From: Octopus sinensis
Taxonomy: Eukaryota
Direction of reading: 5' to 3'
Assembly: GCF_006345805.1 (NCBI RefSeq)
Contig: NC_043000.1
Span: forward strand, 76,322,001 to 76,386,000
Length of the DNA stretch: 64,000 nt
The notes beneath the pieces were generated by a model. It ran no database searches and was not told the origin of the DNA. It worked only from the letters and a program-made list of their open reading frames with translations. The translations under genes were made by a program, and so were the position numbers. Below are positions 59,939 through 64,000 of the stretch, piece by piece (positions within the stretch are counted from its first letter, which is position 1; the number at the start of each line of letters is the position of its first letter).

Positions 59939-61495
59939 GAGCAGGTTAGTGAGTATATTAGGTTCTCCGATGTATGGTAAGGCTTTTGGTTGTAAGTTTT
60001 TCTTTGATTTGGGATGTCTCAGTTCCTTGATGTTAAGTTGAAGAAGGAACTGAGACATCCAAATCAAAGAAAAACTTACAACCAAAAGCCTTACCATACA
60101 TCTCCACACACAACCCTCTCAATAACGAAGCCTTCGACACCATCCTCCACAACATACCCCTCCTAAAAAAAGACCACAGAATGAACACAATCCTCCAAAC
60201 ACACACGATCATAAAAAGCAAAAGACAGCCTAGATCCATGAAAAGTCTCCTTACACAAGCCCGAATTCACTCTTCAACACAGAAGCCGACAGTAAAAAAA
60301 TGTGGAAGACCCAATTGCGGGATATGCGACTATCTAATCGAGGGTTCTGAGTTCTCCTTCAAACAGGGACAACGGTTTACAGTGAAAAGCAACTTCACAT
60401 GTGCTTCGGAGAACCTAATATACTCACTAACCTGCTCGGGTGTCAAGAGCAGTACATAGGCCAAACAAAAAATGGTTTGCGTAAACGAATGGCCCTGCAC
60501 AGATCCCAGATAAAAATTCCCCAACAAAAAAAAATAGCTTTTAGCCAACACATAGATACTTGCGCCAACAAAAAACACCAAAATTCAGAATTTCCCCCTC
60601 TACCAATTTAGGGACGATACAACCTCGAGACAAGAATAAGTAAAGAAAATCTCTTTATTACAAAATACAAGCCACTTCTTAACGGGTCTACGACAAACAA
60701 TTAATATACCTCAACTTTAGAATAAAAGAAAAAAATATATATACACACACAAATACTACACTCCATAGAATCCATTACTAATCAGCCCCTTCATAGCTAT
60801 ATTTACACCCATTCATATTCTCCCTTCTCTGTTTTTTTTCTTCTTCTTCTTCTTCATCATCATCGTTATCATCATCATCGGCGTCATCATCATCGCCACC
60901 ATCATCACCACCATCTTCTCCTTCTCCTCCTTCTTCTTCTTCATCATCATCGTTATCATCATCATCGTCGTCATAATCATCACCACCATCACCATCATCT
61001 TCTCCTTCTCCTTCTCCTCTTCTTCTTCTTCTCTTCTTCTTCTTCTCCACCCCCTACCCCTTAAGTTGTCACTAATGTTTTTTAGTATAACACCTACGCT
61101 AATTCTATAAACAAGCCTGTCAATATAAATATTCTCCTGAATTGAACTGAGACTGCCAGCCGCCACTGACCATTCAAAATACGACCATCAGGGCACTCCC
61201 AGATTCTCCCACCCCCCTTTCCTCACCAGCCTTCCCTCTACTACCCTACCAAGAACTCACAACTACCTCGAACACACAAGTGCAAACAAGGGAGTCAGAG
61301 AAAGGCAGAATGCCACTTAAATCTGAACACTACTATAGAAATATTCTTTTAAGAAAACTTTTCTTCTAATTTTTCTAAATTTAATTATTTAATCGTTACA
61401 GTTGAAAAGGTCTCAAAATGACCGAAACCGGTACTGAAGATGTTCACTATAAAATTATTTTAGCATTTTCTATTTTTTACTTGTTTTTTCATATA
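59939..61495 (+). mobile_element. Penelope-like family A upstream partial unit (pLTR) with inverted 5' segments
   Basis: GIY-YIG region 60181-60650, a (CAT/CTT)n tract and a hammerhead at 61399-61436. 59939-60042 is inverted. Confidence 0.9.
61399..61436 (+). ncRNA. Minimal hammerhead ribozyme motif (U3-A8 variant), family A
   Basis: CAG UUGAAAA GGUC-UCAAAAU-GACC GAAA CCGGUA CUG. Perfect 4-bp stem II and palindromic stem III. Confidence 0.72.
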
Positions 61496-61499
61496 TATC

Positions 61500-64000
61500 A
61501 ACTCGTGTGTTCCTTTTCACCCTTATACATATCATTAACCCACACGAGATACAGAAAATGCCGACAAAAACAGACACAATCACCTCCATAAACGAAGAAA
61601 TACTGAAAGAACTCAAGAAAATCAACACAAATTTGTCAACTTTTTTGAACAATTCGACTCGACACTTCAACCCAATCGAGAGAACAATGAAGAAACAGAT
61701 ACGAAAAATACAACCTCCGAAATTGTCGAAAACCTTGGAAACTTATGCGAAACAATTAGAACATTTTTCTCTAACAACGCTAACCAAGGACCTCCAAACG
61801 CGTCAATATATGGGATCAATACTCTAACAACATACCAAATGAAACACCACATAATACCACAATGGAACAAATCACTCAGAGATAGAAAGTTCGCCTTTTG
61901 GAAGATGATCCAAAACAACAACAAAGCGGATACATACGAAAAATGGCTCAACCGGACCCCGTTAATCCTCCCACGTAAATTCCAGTTCAAAGCTATTACA
62001 GAAGAACCTGAAACACAAAGACACCTCAGGGAGAGAATGGCACTGGAAAAAATGAAAATGGAAATAGAACTTCTGAAATTGAGGGCCCAAACGAATGAGG
62101 ATAAAATAAAATCCACCGATGAAGATATCAACGAAGAAATTCGCAAAATGACCCAAGGCCCAGATCAAGAGAAGTTCTCCAAACTATGGAAAGAGGACTG
62201 TGAAAAAGAAGAACTAAAATCTCTCCAACGCTGGGAGAAAAGCGCCACTTGGTTCTCAGACTATGAAGCCGTCTTTCAAACAGAGCACGCCTCCAACACC
62301 CTTTCCAGAAAATAAGAAAACCAAAACAACACCCAAACACCGATACACACCTGTCTAAAAATCGGAACCTTCACTACTATCAAAAAAGAATACAGGACCT
62401 AACCCTAACTCTGTAAGCAGCCAGCGATACAATATCAGGAATACCCCCACTTCAAGCAGAGAAAGGATAAATCAACACCCACAGCATAGACACTGCAACC
62501 TCATCCCCACCCAAAGGAGTTACCAACGAAATCTTCGTCCCATTAACCGGTTAAACAACCATGCACAACAAACCCACACCACTTGCAATGATACCAACGA
62601 AGGCCTCCTAGAACACCACACCCGAATATGGGATATCGGGATGCTCTCCTCAATACTGCTCCAAGAACACACACCATAAATCACAACAGGAGACCCCTAA
62701 TCAACAAAGAACAACTATATACTAGCTACCGTCCCAACCACCGCATTCATTTTTTAGACCCAATACGCAAACACAGAGACACAAGATAGCACCAAACAAG
62801 CAGGAGGAACAAAAGTAATAAAAATTATTAATCTAACTCACAAGGAAAACAACAGCAAACCAAATAAACATACTTTCCAAAGGACTCAAGTTTACACCCA
62901 CCCCACAACACCCCAACTACAATGAAATGAAAGAAGACATCGCAGAATTCTGCAGAAAATTAAGACTTACTGAGGAGCTATACGATAAATACAACGAGGA
63001 CGAATCGTTAGCCAGAAATAGGAGTAACTACACCCCCTCGAAAGGTAAGAATAAAACACTTGATGATTTCTGTGACCACATATCAAATTACCCATATCAA
63101 CATATGCACAAACAAAAACACAAACCAAACTTCAGCAAAAAGAATGGGCTGAGTTGAACAAATTAAAACTAGATAAAACAATAACAATCAAAGAGGCCGA
63201 TAAAGGGAGTGCTGTTGTCTTAATGGATACGACATTTTACATAACTTTGGTACTTTCTATGCTGGAAGACACAACATACTATGAAAAGGCACAAAACTAC
63301 AGTCAACAAAAATAATGAGGGAACTAAAATCCATATTAAACCCATACAAAGCAGGGCTCACCGACAAAGAATATGATTATATGACCAATTTCACAAGTAA
63401 AACTAGCCAATTCTACGGTATACCTAAGATCCACAAAAGTGAAAAAATAAGCAACGCATGCAAGATAGCTACAGACAAAATAATTAAAGTCCCTAATCCT
63501 AATGACCTCAAATTGAGACCCATAATAGCAGGTCCCGCATGCGAAACCCACCGCCTCAGTAACTTTTTAGACACCCTGTTAAAACCACTCCTCAAACATG
63601 TCAAAAGCTATATAAGGGACGACTTAGATATGCTCAATCACCTACCGAATACTATAACAAAAACACCATACTGGTATCCTTCGATGTAGTCAACCTCTAC
63701 TCCAATATCCCCCACAACCTAGGACTAGAGGCAATCCAATTCTGGCTAGAGAATCACGCCAACGAACTACCACACCGCATCAAAAAAGAATTTGTGATAG
63801 AAGGGGTTAAATTCATCCTGGAAAATAACTTCTTCGCCTTCAATGACAACTTCTACCGACAAAAATCGGGGACTGCGATGGTACACGAATGGCCCCCTCC
63901 TTTGCCAACCTAGTCATAGGATACCTAGAGATCAGTCTGTATCGTAAGGTTCTAGAAAGATATGGCAGCCCTTTCTCCATCTACATAGAAAACAACTGGA
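61500..64000 (+). mobile_element. Penelope-like family A main unit (N-terminal region plus RT), runs off the window end
   Basis: Charged helical N-terminus (61558-62315), then KGLKFTPTP..DIAEFCRKLRL, IKEADKGSAVV, FYGIPKIHK, LRPIIAG, SFDVVNLYSNIP and FILENNFF..YRQKSGTAM. Overlaps in sequence with 35435-35870. Confidence 0.92.

Noticed and set aside
60778-61166. Poly-Asp/Glu ORFs (also 34160-34561 and 49277-49546)
   Set aside because: They are GAT/GAA/GGT trinucleotide tracts, mostly read antisense to the Penelope-A 3' region.

Overview
Repeat-dense, AT-rich eukaryotic DNA. The SINE/LINE/microsatellite content is most consistent with an octopus (coleoid cephalopod) genome, but this is inferred from recognising repeats, not from a search. 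The one host gene is a platelet-activating-factor acetylhydrolase (PAFAH2/PLA2G7 family) on the + strand. It has five coding exons (15672-15860, 19070-19193, 41075-41246, 42002-42164, 46261-46374) that splice in frame to 254 codons; the catalytic GHSxG exon is not in the window. Almost everything else is transposon-derived: RTE, CR1, L1/Tx1-like and R4-like LINEs, two Penelope-like (GIY-YIG) families, Helitron, Tc1/mariner, hAT and Ty3/gypsy pieces, SINEs and many fold-back elements. The most unusual signals are: (i) three distinct hammerhead-ribozyme motifs, two with non-canonical cores (U3-A8; A6U) and one folded back on its own antisense copy; (ii) a ~8.5 kb nested palindrome in intron 2 built from locally templated fragments; (iii) a very AT-rich interior of that palindrome with diverged ~600-nt units that look protein-like but have TAA at aligned positions; (iv) a C4HC3 PHD finger inserted in the RT region of one RTE family; (v) a microsatellite-cored fold-back/satellite family. 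Boundaries of decayed repeats are approximate, and some indels may be assembly errors. There is a 100-N gap at 47996-48095.
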